From NCBI RefSeq assembly GCF_009914755.1, contig NC_060936.1: a DNA stretch of 64,000 nt; one strand, given 5' to 3'. This document shows, one piece after another, positions 1-14,050 of the stretch; position 1 is the first letter of the stretch; every line of letters starts with the position of its first letter. Position numbers and translations under genes: made by a program. The notes beneath the pieces were generated by a model. The model saw only the letters and a program-made list of their open reading frames with translations, was not told where the DNA came from and searched no databases. Source of the DNA: the human T2T-CHM13v2.0 reference genome, Homo sapiens.

Positions 1-59
1 CCATACACAATGACATTAACGGTCAAGCAGCCATTGTTATGAATATATTCACATGCTCA

Positions 60-480
60 GTCCACACTTAATGATGCATGTCCTTCATTCCAAGTTTTAT
101 TCTGGGCACCAGGGATTCAGGGGTGAAAAAGATGCTGCCTAAGACAATATGGAACTCTTAGTATATTTGGAAAACAGCTGAGAAAGTGATACAATTACTG
201 AAGAGTGAATTAACTAACGCGTGGTCACAGATGAGAGTTTCTCTCACTCCGCATGGAATGTCAGAATGCTTCCAAGAGGAAATGACACCTGACATGACTT
301 TGCTGATTTGAAGGAATTCCTAGAATTAAAACAAGTTCTAGAAAACATTCCAATATACAAAGGCTCAGAAGTACAAAAGCACAGGAGGCATTTAGAGGGA
401 TGACAAGGAGTGCTGTATTTTAGGTCACAATGTGCCAAGTAAAAAGAATGATTGGTAAGAAGATGATAAGAACCCAAGTA
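60..480 (-). mobile_element. L2 LINE fragment (ancient)
   Basis: Degenerate antisense L2-type sequence (ttcattc...ctgggcaccagggattcaggggtgaaaaaga...cctagaattaaa). Boundaries approximate. Confidence 0.55.
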
Positions 481-1015
481 ATACAGCCTTGTTATGTACT
501 GGAACAGAGGTGACTCAGATATATTTGGTGTCTAGCTTCTTTTGGAGGACTGGCTTTGGTGGTCTCTATATTCTGGGACAACAGCAGATGTCAGTAGTGT
601 CTTTTATCCATGGCTTATGATGCTTAGGCCACAGAGCAAATACCAGAATAGTCTCTAAGGGGGAGAGACCAGGAAACTTTGAGCCAGGAAATTTTGTCTA
701 CAAGCAGCTAGGGATCCTGAGCCAAGCATGAGAAGCCAAGATTGAGAGCCAAATGGGAATCTGAGACTTAGACAGATGAGTGCAGAGAGCAGTGAGACAG
801 AACAGGCAAATTGGTGTCAATTTGGGTAAGTTCTGAAGGTAGCTGAAAAACCCATGAGAAAATGTTTCAGCACTCTTGGCGATTTGTTTATGTGTGTGGT
901 TGCTTTGAGGGTCCATAGTAGGACAGTTATCTGGCACACAGTTGGTTCGCAACAGGGTGTGTGGTTGTGTTATACTATTTGTCTATTTACATATTTGCCT
1001 ACATACAATGATTCA

Positions 1016-1412
<397 letters not shown>

Positions 1413-1603
1413 ATGAAGTGTATAAAATTCATTATAAAACATCATCTTCTTGTTCATTGCTGTACAACAGAGCCTATTATAGTGTCTGGAGTAGATGTAA
1501 TCTCAATTGAAATGAAATGAAATAGCTATCTAATGAAGCCGCCCTTAAAAACCAGGTTAATTGTGGCAGAGAATTGATTTCTACACATTCTTCATCTTTA
1601 ATT

Positions 1604-2389
1604 TTATTTATTTATTAAAAGTTTTTTTTTTTATTTCAATAGATTTGTGGTAAAAATGGACAGGATTTAGGGTGACATGGATGAATTGTGTAGTGATGAA
1701 ATCTGGGTTTTTAGTGTGCCCATCACCCTAATAGCATACATTGTACCCAATAGATGATTTTTTCATCCCTCACCATCCTCCTACCCTCATCCCTTCTGAG
1801 TCTCCAATGCCCATTATACCACTCTGTATGCCTTTGTAAACTCATAGCTTAGCTCCCACTTATAAGTGAGAAGATGTTGTACTTGATTTTCCATTCCTGG
1901 GTTATTTCACTTAGGATAATGGCCTCCAGGTCCATCCAAGTTGCTGTAAAAGACATTATTTTGTTCTTTTTTATGGCTGAGTAGTATTCCATGATATAAA
2001 TCCATGACATTGTAGTTACCCACTCACCAGTCGATGGCTACTTAGGTTGATTTTATATCTTTGGAATTATGACTTGGGCTGGGAAAAAACATATGAGTGC
2101 AGCTGTTTTCGATATTATGGTTTATTTTCCTTTTGGTAGATATCCAGCAGTAGGATTGCTGGATCAAATGTTAGATCTACTTTTAGTTCTTTGAGAAATT
2201 TCCATACTGTTTTCCATAGAGGTTATACTAACTAACATTCCCACCAACTAACATTCCCACCAGTGTATAAGTGTTCCCTTTGCATCATATCTGTGCCAAT
2301 ATCTATTGTTTTTTGACTTTTTAATAATGACAATTCTTATTGGGGTAAGGTAGTATCTCACTGTGGTTTTAATTTGCATTTCCCTGATA
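1604..2389 (-). mobile_element. L1PB (L1PB2/3-like) 5'-truncated 3' end
   Basis: Antisense L1PB 3'UTR (gagtctccaatgcccattataccactctgtatgcc...tagcttagctcccacttataagtgag) with T-rich tail at left. TSD atctttaatt at 1594-1603 and 2390-2399. Confidence 0.9.
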
Positions 2390-2859
2390 ATCTTTAATTC
2401 TAAAACTGAAAGAATGCTTTAAAATAGTAATATAAGCATCAACTTTATTAAAAAATTAAAAATTGAAATAAATAATTTAAGACAAGCATTAAACTAAAAT
2501 GAAAAATTATACTAATACAAGTAACAGACTTTATAACAAAATATAGAGGAATGCTTTGCAAAACGTTACCTAACTTTGGAAAAAAAGAGGGATTTTTATG
2601 ATTAAAACATCAGAACAAATAATTTTTGCAGTTTAAAATGGCCTTTTAGGAAGTTTTAAAGGTCACTATAGAGGTATAAAACATGAAATTTTGAGAGCTG
2701 AGAGAAAAGAACGGATAGATTATTTGATACAATCAGTTTCTATTGTAGGTGAGTTGAGACCCACAAAATGACTTACTAAAAAGGGTTTTTTATATGAGAC
2801 CCTCTCTTACACATTTTTTTCCTGTACTTGGGATGATACACTATAATCAAGTATAATAC

Positions 2860-3012
2860 AACAGAGTCTTTATTGCCCCTACCTATAAGCTCTTAAGCAT
2901 AGGCATTATACAAAAACGAGTATCACTGCATCTCCAAAACGCAGCATGGAGCTAGGCATGATAGGAAGTCAATGAATATTTGATGGATGACTAAATAAAT
3001 TAATGAATAAAT
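2860..3012 (+). mobile_element. L2 3' end
   Basis: ctaggcatgataggaagtcaatgaatatttgatggatgactaaataaattaatgaataaatg matches the L2 3' terminus with its (TGAA)n tail. Confidence 0.7.
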
Positions 3013-3564
3013 GCTGGTCTATGTATAAAAGTCTGCCCATGTGGGGAAAAATAATATTTTACATAAGATTGATATCTCCTGCATTAATATGCATCTGTTC
3101 TCTTTCCTGTCTATACTAGAACTCATCATAGAACACTTTAATTAGTATAAAGTTCTGAGATAGCCAGTGCCTGATTTTTTTTCCACATTAGCGAAGCTAG
3201 ATTTGTTAAGACTCATAAGTTCATGTGATGCCAACAGTTTTCCCAGTCATCTGTGCCTGAACGCTTAACGTGGTTATCTTTCTATGGGGAATGTACCTTT
3301 TCCAAATTAACTCTGAGAACTCTGGTTGATTCTAGGTTTATCCTAGCTTTAGCCTCTTCTTTGGAGAGGCTAAGTTGTTTTATATCTGATATCATCATAT
3401 TTTCCTGGCAAAGATTAAGAATTTAGTCCAAATACACAAACTTACTTTAAGATGAGCCATATTATAAACACTAAGTAAAGTCTGTTTCTAGTGGTTGTGA
3501 AATTGACCAAGATGAAAACTGAATTAACATTTTCTTTTCTTTTTTTGGTCAGTCTAATAGAGTA

Positions 3565-3778
3565 ATGTATTTATTAATTTTTCCAGCTTCATTGCAGTAC
3601 AGTTGACAAATAAAAATTGTATATATTAAAGGTGTATAGCATGTTGTGAAATGATCACCATAATCAAACTAATTAACATATCAATCACCTCTTATCATTG
3701 TGATTTTTCGTGTGTGGTGAGAATACTTAAGATCAACTCTTTCAGCAAATTTCAAGTATACAACACAGTATTACTAAT
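3565..3778 (-). mobile_element. L1MA (L1MA8/9-like) 3' end fragment
   Basis: gttgacaaataaaaattgtatatatt...gtgtggtgagaatacttaagatc...agcaaatttcaagtatacaa is a typical antisense L1MA 3'UTR. Confidence 0.85.
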
Positions 3779-4959
3779 ATTTTCTTTGATTTGAGTCATA
3801 CAAGAGGAGGCCAAGTTGAACCATTAAACCATAAGACATGATGCTGTCTGACACTCTCATTCAAAACAACTCCTTTTCTAAAAGACACAGCCTCCCAGCC
3901 AATGCTATTTGTAAACAGATGACTGAAGATATTGGCTTAATACTAAAAGGATACTCAACACTTTCTTTTTCATTAGATTTTCTTGCAGAAGATCACTGAT
4001 GTGTGGGTTCAATAGGGTATTTATTCTTCAGAACTTACATATAGCTAGGGTTGTGTGGGCTGCGTATTATTGAGATTGTAATCTTTGGAGAGATGACTAC
4101 TTCAGATATCCCCTTCTGCTTATAAGAAAGGGATGAGCAGCAGTTCATAACAGTGGGAATATCAAATCATGGGACAGCAGGCTATTGCCACTCACTTCTG
4201 TGTTCCATAAAGATCACTGTGTAATGCTCTGAAAATGCTTTTGAGCAAATGCAGACAGATTCTCAAAGAATTCTCTCTACAGCAGCAAAATACAATGGTA
4301 ATTTTTTTCATATTATAATATTTTATTCTCATATTCAATAGAAAATAAATATAATAGTACCATTCTCCTTACAATTTGGATTCCTTTTCTTTCAGTGAAA
4401 CTAACTTCTATGCCTGTTGATTATTCATATTGTATCAGGATGATAGTAGAAAAATGTCCACCAGTCATTAATACAACACACCAGATGGAAAAAAACCAAG
4501 CATCTCTCTTTTAATAGCAGAAACTCTGAAATGTATTAAGAAGGTACTCTTTATAAGAATAGCTATTTTCTCTTAGACATCTGTTTTATTCTCCTATAAG
4601 ATTCGATCCATGCTTCAGAGTCATATTCTTTGGAATATTAAGTAGCTTGAGAAGTTATTACTTAGAGTGTAAAAACATAGACTTGTAGCCAGTTGACTGA
4701 AGAATGTAATTCATTGGGATGTTATGGTAATATAGATCTATTCTATTAACTACCCCCAACTATTCTATGTTGACTCCAACCTTCCAACAGGGTAAAGGGT
4801 CTCTTCCTAACACCTTGGTCAGATTCCATAACTTTCCTGACACATGTTTTAACTAGAATAGCCTCATTTAAGTATATAAAGTGTCAAAGTTTGTTTTAAA
4901 ACTATAATGTCAAACTCTTTATAAAGTTTATTTCCCTGCAATGCTTAGTGCTAACTAGA

Positions 4960-5150
4960 TGAACTAGTCACTCCACACATATTAGTTTCTGATAGAACTA
5001 TATAAAGCAAATACTGTTATCATCCCCATTTTACAAATGAGGAAATTGAGGTTCATATAGGTTATTTGTACAATTTGTACAATAATGAGCAGCAAGTAAA
5101 CTGTAGATACCTAGTTCTGAAGCCTGAGCCATTTCCAGTAAAACTTACTA
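4960..5150 (-). mobile_element. MIR SINE
   Basis: MIR core in antisense: ttatcatccccattttacaaatgaggaaattgaggttca. Confidence 0.8.
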
Positions 5151-6819
5151 CACAATAGTAATGAAGATTTCATTACCACCCTTTGTGCCACATTTAAGCC
5201 ATTTTTAAAATGCATTTGTAATCCTTTAGAATGATATTCTTGAAACATACACCTTGCTCATCTTCCACGAAGGCTCCAGAGGTTAGAAACTCACAAATAT
5301 ATATTTTTTTTCTAAAAAGAGATCCCTTTTCAATTTCCTTCATGGGTCTTCGATGTGTCCAATTTTCCACACCCAATTTTTTATATATTAACACATCATC
5401 AGTGCTGTCCATGTTATTTTTACATGCTTTAATATGTTGACAACATTAAACATAAAATCAAGGTTTCTTGTTTACAAGTTACATAGCTGAATGTAAAGAA
5501 GATCCCTGGGCCCTTATTTCTTTTTTTCCATCTTATTCAGAGGAGGATTGAAATTCTTTGTTTGATGGTCATTCTAATATTACACATTTCCCCTTTTGAG
5601 ATAGTGATTATTTCCTCAAACCTATTTTCTCTGGTTTCTGTTTGACTTCTAAGGCATCAGCCAATTTTAGATATTCATTTAGCTTGTCGTTTGCCTCATG
5701 ACTTTTATTTTCTTGGCCAATAGTTAATCATCAAAATAACCCTCAAAATCCTAATATCTGCGATTGCTGAAATGTACGTTTTCAATTTTCCTCAAGTAAT
5801 CTTTCAGCTGTTTTTTGGTAATGGCTACAATGGCAAGATGTTTGCTAATCACTAGTGATCTCACATGTTCTTTTTTGAAAATGGACTTAAAACACCTACA
5901 TATTCTTTCTTCCAAAATTTTCATATTTTGTTCTTTCTCTCCTTTTGCTAATACATTTATTTTTGTTTTAATGCTTCTGCCTACTTAAACGCACTTATAA
6001 AAGCCTTTCTAAGTTAGCAAAACTGCAAAATGTTCATGGTGATCTTGATAAAATAGCTCCTAGATATGTAATAAGATCATTTCTACCCATGACCAGATGA
6101 TCATGCAAATTTCAGTTTACCTTTGACAATTCAATTTTTAAAGATAAAAATGTCTAATTGTTGCTATAACTAAAGAAATGGTACTCCAAAATTCAAGGTC
6201 TTACTTCTCTAATATTTTAGTGCTACTGTCACTTGCCCAATAAATTATCCAGATCATTTGATTAAAATGAATATTTAGGTTTTGACTGTTCATCTGCATT
6301 TCACTTTACTTTTTATCCCCCATTTGAATAATTGTCTTTCAAGCAAAGAGAGGCTGAAATAAACTGTAACAGACATTTTAAAATTCCACAATTTTAATTG
6401 TGATTGGTGCCTGTAAATTTGCCATGTGGAAGATCTTGAAAAAGCAGATGAGGAGAAAGGGAAGGTGGTCAGGTCATTTTCTTTTTCTTCAGAAATGAAA
6501 TTTTTGTCTAGTTCTATGTGTTTCAATGGAAAAAGACCTGTTTTATTTATCTAAGTGAGCAAATGAAAGCACACAGTCTGAGCTTTCATGGACCATATCA
6601 GCTGAGAAACTAAAAATATTTAATGTTTTGGTTGATGTTGAAAATTTCTGTTGCAACATGTTGCATAAATATCACATCACGTTTTAAAAACAACTCCACT
6701 TGTTCTCCAGTATCTTCTGCCTTATCAAACTATAAGTCCAGGTTATTGAAAGTGATACTGCAAGTCACATTGAAATGTAAAATTTCATCTTCTCAAAATT
6801 TTTGCTTAATTATGTAATA

Positions 6820-7050
6820 GACTTTATTCATTCACCCACACATATTTCAAGCTAAAAAATTTATTAAGGACCTTCTGTATACTGTGCACTATACTTGGCA
6901 TATGAATACAACAATCAATTAAGAAGTCATTAAATTCAAACAGCTTAAGATCTAGTGGTAGAAAATTAGATGACGGTTAAAGCAAGGTATGATATATGCT
7001 TATGAAGAAATAGAAAATTAGTGCTAAGGGTACACATAGAACACACAGAA
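6820..7050 (-). mobile_element. L2 3' fragment
   Basis: ttattcattcacc...ttattaaggaccttctgtatactgtgcactatacttggc. Confidence 0.65.
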
Positions 7051-7090
7051 ACAATGCCTCCAGCTGTTACAATGGTTTCCTTCCTCTTCT

Positions 7091-7092
7091 TT

Positions 7093-7135
<43 letters not shown>

Positions 7136-7453
7136 TTTTGAGACAGGGTCTCACTTGTTGCCCAGGCTACAGTTCAGGGGTGTGATCATAGCTCATGGGA
7201 ACCCTGCACTCCTGGATGGACTCAAGTGAGCCTCCTGCCTCAGCTAAGACTACATGCATGTGCCATCATGAGTAGCTAGGACCACAGGCATGCACCACTA
7301 TGACTAGCTAATATATACATATACATATATTTTTTAATAGAGACAGGGTCTTGCAATATTGCCCAGGTTGGTCTTGGATTCCTGGCTTAAGCAAGTCTCT
7401 CATCTCAGCCTCCAAAAACGCTAAGATTATAGGCAAGAGCCACCACACCCAGT
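7091..7453 (-). mobile_element. AluJ with (TTTA)11 tail
   Basis: Antisense Alu with J-type features (gagacagggtctc, gatcatagctca, ctcaagtga). (TTTA)11 at 7092-7135. Confidence 0.92.
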
Positions 7454-7649
7454 TAGCTTACTTCTTTTGAATACTTGTACAGAAAAGTGTGCAGCATATG
7501 GTTATAAATTTATATATATTCCATTTTTTCTCTGGAATAGGATGTTGCCTAACAGACAAGAGATTTGAGCAGAAGGGAGATTTATTTTGCCTTTACTAAT
7601 TATCTTTTGAGATAAAGACATACCTTCTTTTAAAAAATCCATTGTCTAT

Positions 7650-10600
7650 TCCAGACAGCAAAAAGTAAAGGAATTCATTACCGCTAGATCAGTCTTACAA
7701 GAAATTCTTAAGGGAGTCCTACAACTGGAAGTAAACAGATGATATTATTATCATGAAAAAATACAAAAGCATAAAACTCACTGGTGGAGCAGATACACAA
7801 AAAGGAAAGAGAAAAGAAAGAACTAAACCTTATCACTAAAGAAAACCACCAAAATGCAATGACAAACAATAGGGAGGAAGAAAGGAGCAAGGAATACACA
7901 TGAACAACCAAAAACAATTAAGAGAATGACAGGAGTAAGTCTTCATCTATCAATAATAACCTGAATGTACATGGATTAAATTTCCACTTAAAAGATACAG
8001 ACTGGCTGAATGGATTTTAAAAATAACCCATTTATATGCAGCCTACAGAAAAATCACTTTACCTGTAAAGACACCTATAGACTGAAAGTGAAGGAATGAA
8101 AAAAGACATTTCACACAAATAGAAAACAAAATTGAGCAGTGGTTGATATACCTATATCGGAAACAAACAGGCTTCAAGTAAAAAACTGTAGAAAGAGATA
8201 AAGGTCATTATGTAATGACAAATGGATAAATTCAGTGAGTATATAACAATTACATATGCACCCAGTATCAGAGCACCCAGGTGTCTAAATAAAATATTAG
8301 ATCTAAAGAGAGAGATAGACTCTAATACAATAATAGTTGGGAACTTCAACATCCTACTCTCAATACTGGAAAGATATATAGACAGAACATAAACAAAAAA
8401 CATAGGATTTAAGCTGCACTTTAAACAAAATGGACCTAGTAGACATTTGCAGAACATTTCACCTAACAGATGCAGAATACATATTTTTTTCATCAGCACA
8501 TGGAACCTTCTCCAGAATAGACCATATCTTAGTGTGCAAAACAAGTCTCAACAAATTCAAATAAGTGGAAATCATATCAAGCACCTTTTCTGACCACATT
8601 GAACTAAAAGTAGAAATCAACAATAAGAGAAACTTTGGAAATTATACAAATACATGGAGATTAAACAACATACTCCTGAATGACCAATGGGTCAATGAAG
8701 AAATTAAGGAGAAGATTAAGAAATTTCTTGAAATAAACAAAAATAGAAACACCTCATACTAAAACCTGTGGGATACAGCAAAAACAATATTAAGGAGGAA
8801 GTTTCTAGCAAAAAAAACTATATCAAAAAAGTAGAAATATTTCAAATAAACAACCTAATGGTACATCTCAAGAAATTGGAAAAGCAAAAACAAACCAAAT
8901 CCAAAATTAAAAGAAAAAAAGAAATACTGAGGATCAGAATTGAAATAAAATCAAGACAACAAATTACAAAAGATCAATGAAATTAAAAGTTCTTTTTTTA
9001 AAAGGTAAAGAAAATCAACAAACCATTAGCTAGACTAATCAATAAAAAAATACCCAAGTAAGTAAGTGAAATCAGAAATGAAAAAGAAAATATTAGAACT
9101 GATACCACAGAAAAACAAAGGATCATTAGAGACTGCTGGGAACAACTATACACCACAGAATTGGAAAAGCTAGTGGAAGTGGGTATATTCCTGAACACAT
9201 ACAACCTACCAAGATTAAACCAAGAGGAAATAGAAAACCTGAACAGACCAATTATGAGTAATGAGATTGAATCTGTAATGAAAATGCTCTCATTAAAAAA
9301 TAATCTCAATGGCTTCACTGCTGAATTATACCAACTATTTAAAGAACTAATATGACTTCTTCTCAAACTCTTCCAGAAAACTGAAGAGGAGGTAATTTTT
9401 TCAAATTCATTCTACAAAGTCATTATCACTCTGATACCAAAATTAGCTAAGGACACAACAAAAAAAGAAAACTATAGGCCAACATACCTGGCAAACACAG
9501 ATGCAAAAATTCTCAACGAAATACTAGCAAACCAATTTCAGCAGCACATTAAAAAGGTTGTTTACCATGATCAAATGGAATTTACCCCAGAAATGCAAGA
9601 ATGCTTCAACCTATGCAAATTCATAAAAATGATACATTACATCAACAGAATGAAGGACAAAAAACAGTTGATAAAATTCAACATCCTTTATAATAAAAAC
9701 TCTCAACCAGTTAAGTATAGAAGAAATGCACCTCAACACAATAAAGGCCAGAAACAGCAAACCCACAACTAACATCATACAGATTGGGAAAAGTTGTAAA
9801 CTTTTTCTCTAAGATCTAGAACAAGACAAGGATGCCCACTTTCATCACCTTTATTCAACATAGTACTGGGAGTCTTAGCTGGAGCAATTAGGCATGAGAA
9901 GAAAATAAAGAACATCCACAGGAAAGGAGGAAATCAAATTATTCCTATTTGCAGATAATATAACATAACCTTACATGTAAGAAAACCCTTATATAGAAAT
10001 CCCTAAAAGCTGCTCCAAAAACTCTTAGAGCTGATAAATTAATTCAATAAAGTTTCAACATACAAAATCAGCACACAGAGATCAGTAGCATTCCAACACA
10101 CCAATAAGGAACTAGCAAAAAAGAAGTCAAGAAAGCATTTACAATAGCTACAAAAATATACCTAGTAATAAAATTAATCAAAGAAGTTAAAAAAAAAACT
10201 CTACAATAAAACTATAAAACACACTGATGAAAGAAACCAAAGAAACAAAGACACAGAAAGACATCCCATGTTCATGAATTGAAAGAAATTTATGATTATG
10301 AATTCCGTGATAATATTGTGAAAATGACCATACTATTCAAAGCAATATACAGTTTCAATGCAATCCCTATCAAAATATCAATGACATTCTTTACAGAAAA
10401 AATTTTAAAATTCTAAAATGTGTATAGAACCACAGAAGATCCTGAATAGCTAAAACAATCCTGAACAAAAAGGACAAAGCTGGAGGCATCAAATTGATGT
10501 ATTTCAAAACATATTACAAAGCTATAGTAACAAAAACCAGATGGTGCAGGCATAAAAACAGGCACATAGACCAAGGGAACAGAATACAGAATCCAAAAAT

Positions 10601-11912
10601 AAACCCACATATTTACAGCCAAATGATTTTCAACAAAAGCACCAAGAACATTCATTGGAAAGGAACAGTCTCTTCAATTAATGGTGCTAGGAAAACTGGA
10701 TATCCTTATGCAGAAAAATAAAACTAGACCCCTATCTTTCACCATATACAAAATTTAACTCAAAATTTGAGACTTAACTGTAAGACCTGAAACTATGAAA
10801 CTACTAGAAGGAAAACATAGAAGAAATGCTTTATTACATTAGTCTGGGCAAAGATTTTATGGAAAAGACTGGAAAAACACAGGCAACTAAAGCAAAAATA
10901 GACAAATGGAATCACATCAAACCAAAAATCTTCTGTACAGCAAAGGAAACAGAGTGAAGAGACAATCTGCAGAATAGGAGAAAATATTTACTAACTATTT
11001 ATTGGACAGGAATTAATATCCAAATTATACAAAGAATTCAAACAACTCAACACACACAAAACCCACAAAATGAATAATTTGGTAAAAAATGAGCAAATGA
11101 GCTGAACAGACTCTCTCAAAAGAAGACATACAAATGGTAAGAGGCATATGAAAACATGCTCAACATTACTAATCATTAGGGAAATGCAAATCAAATTACA
11201 ATAAGATATCATCTCATCCCAGTTAGAACGGCTATTATCAAAAAGACACAAAATAGCAAATGCTGGTGAGGATATGGAGAAAAAGGGATTCTATTTTTTT
11301 TTCTTTTTTGAGATACAGTCTCACTAGTTGCCCAGGCTGGTCTCAAACTCTTGGGCTCAAGCAATCCTTCCACCTTAGTTTCCCAGAGTGTTAGGATTAC
11401 AGATGTGAGCCACTGCCCCTGACCAAAGAGCTCTTATTCACTGTTGGTGGGAATGTAAGTTAGTATACTCATTATGGAAAACAGTATAGAAGTTCCGCAA
11501 AAAACTAAAAATAGAACTACCATATGATCCATCAATTCCATTACTGGGTATATATCCAAAGGAAATGAAATTGGTATGTCTAACAGATATCTGCTTTCCC
11601 GTGTTTATTGCAGCAATATTCACAATAGCCAAGATATAGAATCAATCTAAGTGTCCATCAATAGATGAATGGACAGAGAAAATGTGGTATATATACATAA
11701 TAAAATACTATTTAACCATAAAAAATAATGAAATTTTGTATTTGCGGCGACATAAATGGACTGGAGGTCATTATGTTAAGTGAAATAAACCAGGCACAGA
11801 AAGACAAGCATCACATGTTCTCACTTATTTGTGGGATCTAAAAATCAAAACAATTAAACTCGTGGTGATAGAGAGGAAAAGGATGATTACCAGAGGCTGG
11901 GAAAGGTAGTGG
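7650..11912 (+). mobile_element. L1MA (L1MA1-3-like), ~4.3 kb: end of ORF1, whole decayed ORF2 span, part of 3'UTR
   Basis: ORF2 start near 7926 (atgacaggagtaagt). Track peptides include FSDHIELKVEIN (endonuclease SDH motif), YNLPRLNQEEIENLNRPI and YYKAIVTKT. 3'UTR aaaatcaaaacaattaaactc...ttaccagaggctggga. Many stops and frameshifts; no poly(A). Confidence 0.95.
11294..11424 (-). mobile_element. FLAM (Alu left monomer) inserted in the L1MA
   Basis: Single antisense monomer with T tail. L1 sequence resumes colinearly afterwards. Degenerate TSD aaagggattctatt / aaagagctcttatt. Confidence 0.88.
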
Positions 11913-12214
11913 CACAAGTAAATTCTCACATCACCCATCCAAATTATTCATTTTAGCAACTTTTATAATCAATATTGATTACTGCAGCCAAGTTGATTGT
12001 ATGAGAATCTGCATCAAATATTAAGGCTGAACAAACAATTTGCCACAATAGACATTTATTTTTGGTGTACAGATCCATTCAGTAGGTCTTTATTTAAGGT
12101 CATTAAAAAATAAGACTATGGATCTTTTTTTTTTTTTTTGTGAAGATGACTCATGGGAGAGGTGTGAGACTAAACCTACTCAGGCATGACCTTTTTAGAC
12201 AGGCAGGAAAATGT

Positions 12215-12460
12215 ACTTCTAACAATAGTGATATCAACCTCCATTTGCATAGCAAGATTTTCAAAGGTCCTTCTACTATTTCCTATTATTCTCGTGACAA
12301 TTCTGTTATTTAGACAACACAGTTATTCCTCTCTTCATTATGCAAATGATGAAACCAAAGAAAGAGAGATTACACTGAAAACATGGTCAACAAGAAAATG
12401 TAATTCCTTTAACTAAGACCTCAGCACACTCCAGTACCTAGCATGCTTACTTAATACCAC
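12215..12460 (-). mobile_element. MIR SINE
   Basis: cattatgcaaatgatgaaaccaaagaaagagagatt is a degenerate MIR core. Confidence 0.6.
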
Positions 12461-13369
12461 TGAAGAACTCTACTTCTCTGAGTGCCATGTCTTTAGTAAC
12501 TATAGTATAAATTGTCTCAAAATTCATTCAATTACTCTCAGGTTTCCCCATATGCCTTTCCTTCTTTAGGCATTTCACTTAGAGTGGAAACAATAAACCT
12601 CCAAGTTTGGCTGGCTTGAATCATGTATAAAAGAAAATGGTTCCATTGATTATTAGGTATAATGTGAGATATTTGCCAGAACGGTTTGACTACTACTGAC
12701 TATATCATTATTTTAGTTCTTTGTATTTTTAGTGATCATTTTTTGCCTTTATTATTTGCTCAACTATATTGCTAATTCCTCATGAACCATTGTTAACTCT
12801 TAGAGAAGAAATGATAATTTATACTTTGTATTCTTAGCACCTATGCTTAAACATAGATGGTCACTAAAAATAAATGCTTGTTGATAATTTTATGTAGAAG
12901 ATAATTTAATATATGCATATAATTGGGAGCCAACAGTTCCCAAATGAATAAAAACTGCGGGAAGAAAAGCTTCTTTCAGGTTACTAAATCTACCATACAA
13001 CTTAGGCATTGCTCACCATCTGCTGTATTTAAGCTTTTTATATTGTATCATGTTTCATACAGGAAATGTCACTGTAAGACTAACTTCATGATGTTTTCCT
13101 TCATTTCAATATAGTATATTTTGATCTATTTGAAGTTCATTCATCCAACAAATACTTACCAATCTCCCTTTCTATGCCAGACACTGGATATGAGCTCAGC
13201 CCATAGAAATATGCATAAAATTGGCCTGGACTTTAAGAAACTTTACATTTTATAGTTAATTTAAAACATGTGCATTCTCTATTTTTAAAACATGTACATT
13301 CTATTTCTATCTCTTCTCAATTCCCATTTCTCCTTAACTTTTTTCGTATTTGTTTATCTAGTCCAGCAG

Positions 13370-13640
13370 CAAATAACAAAAAGGCTTCTTTTATTGAATA
13401 CTCACTGAGTAGCTAGCTGTGAGGAACTCTGCTAAGTGCTCTTAGCACAATGCCTTGTTGAATTCTATGTAAGCCCTGGAGCAAACCTACTTGGTGTTAT
13501 TATTATCTGTTTATTTTGCAGTGGAGAAAATAAAAGTATAGAGTAGTCTAATGATTTGCATACGATCCATGGCTCACGTAGGGGAGCCAGGATTGAACCC
13601 AGATTTGTTCTCTTCAAATTCCCTTCACTTGCCCATTGTG
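13370..13640 (-). mobile_element. MIR SINE
   Basis: ttattgaatactcact...tgctaagtgct...attttgcagtggagaaaa...gagccaggattgaacccagat. Confidence 0.8.
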
Positions 13641-13789
13641 ATGGGTATACTAAGAATGAAGTAAATGATTTATACAACTGTTGGACTTTTGTGGCTTGCA
13701 CACTTTTTCTTTTCCTGATGTATGTGAATCAATAGAAACACATGTAGAGAATAGAAGGAATATAGAGAGGGGCTTGAAATAATATCCAC

Positions 13790-14050
13790 ATGGGCTGAAG
13801 GAAGTGAGGCTGTTCAGATGGAAAAATAAAACCCTGTGAAGGAATATAACATCTTTCTGCCTTCAAGGATGTCATGTGAAAGAGGAATTTTACTTGCCTG
13901 TTACCGTAACCACAGAGCTAAGAGAGGGTCATTGTTAAAAGGAAGCAAGTTTGGGTTCCATATGAGGAAGGATTTTTATAATAGAATTGTTGTAGAATAA
14001 ACTAATTCAGAAAGAGGAGAATCCAATTTGTAGAGATGTTCAAACATGAC
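13790..14050 (+). mobile_element. L3/CR1 LINE fragment (ORF2 C-terminal region)
   Basis: ctgaaggaagtgaggctgttcagatggaaaa...aagggatgtcatgtgaaagagga-like...atgaggaaggatttttata corresponds to the CR1 peptide pattern LKELGLFSLEK...KGCHVEEG...IRKNFL. Confidence 0.7.

Noticed and set aside
490-860. LTR-like purine-rich segment
   Set aside because: It looks like an old LTR but I could not assign a family or boundaries, so it is not listed as a feature.
8152-11632. Cluster of ORFs on both strands resembling endonuclease/RT or hydrophobic proteins
   Set aside because: Sense fragments and antisense frames of a disabled L1 ORF2 with stops, frameshifts and lost RT motifs.
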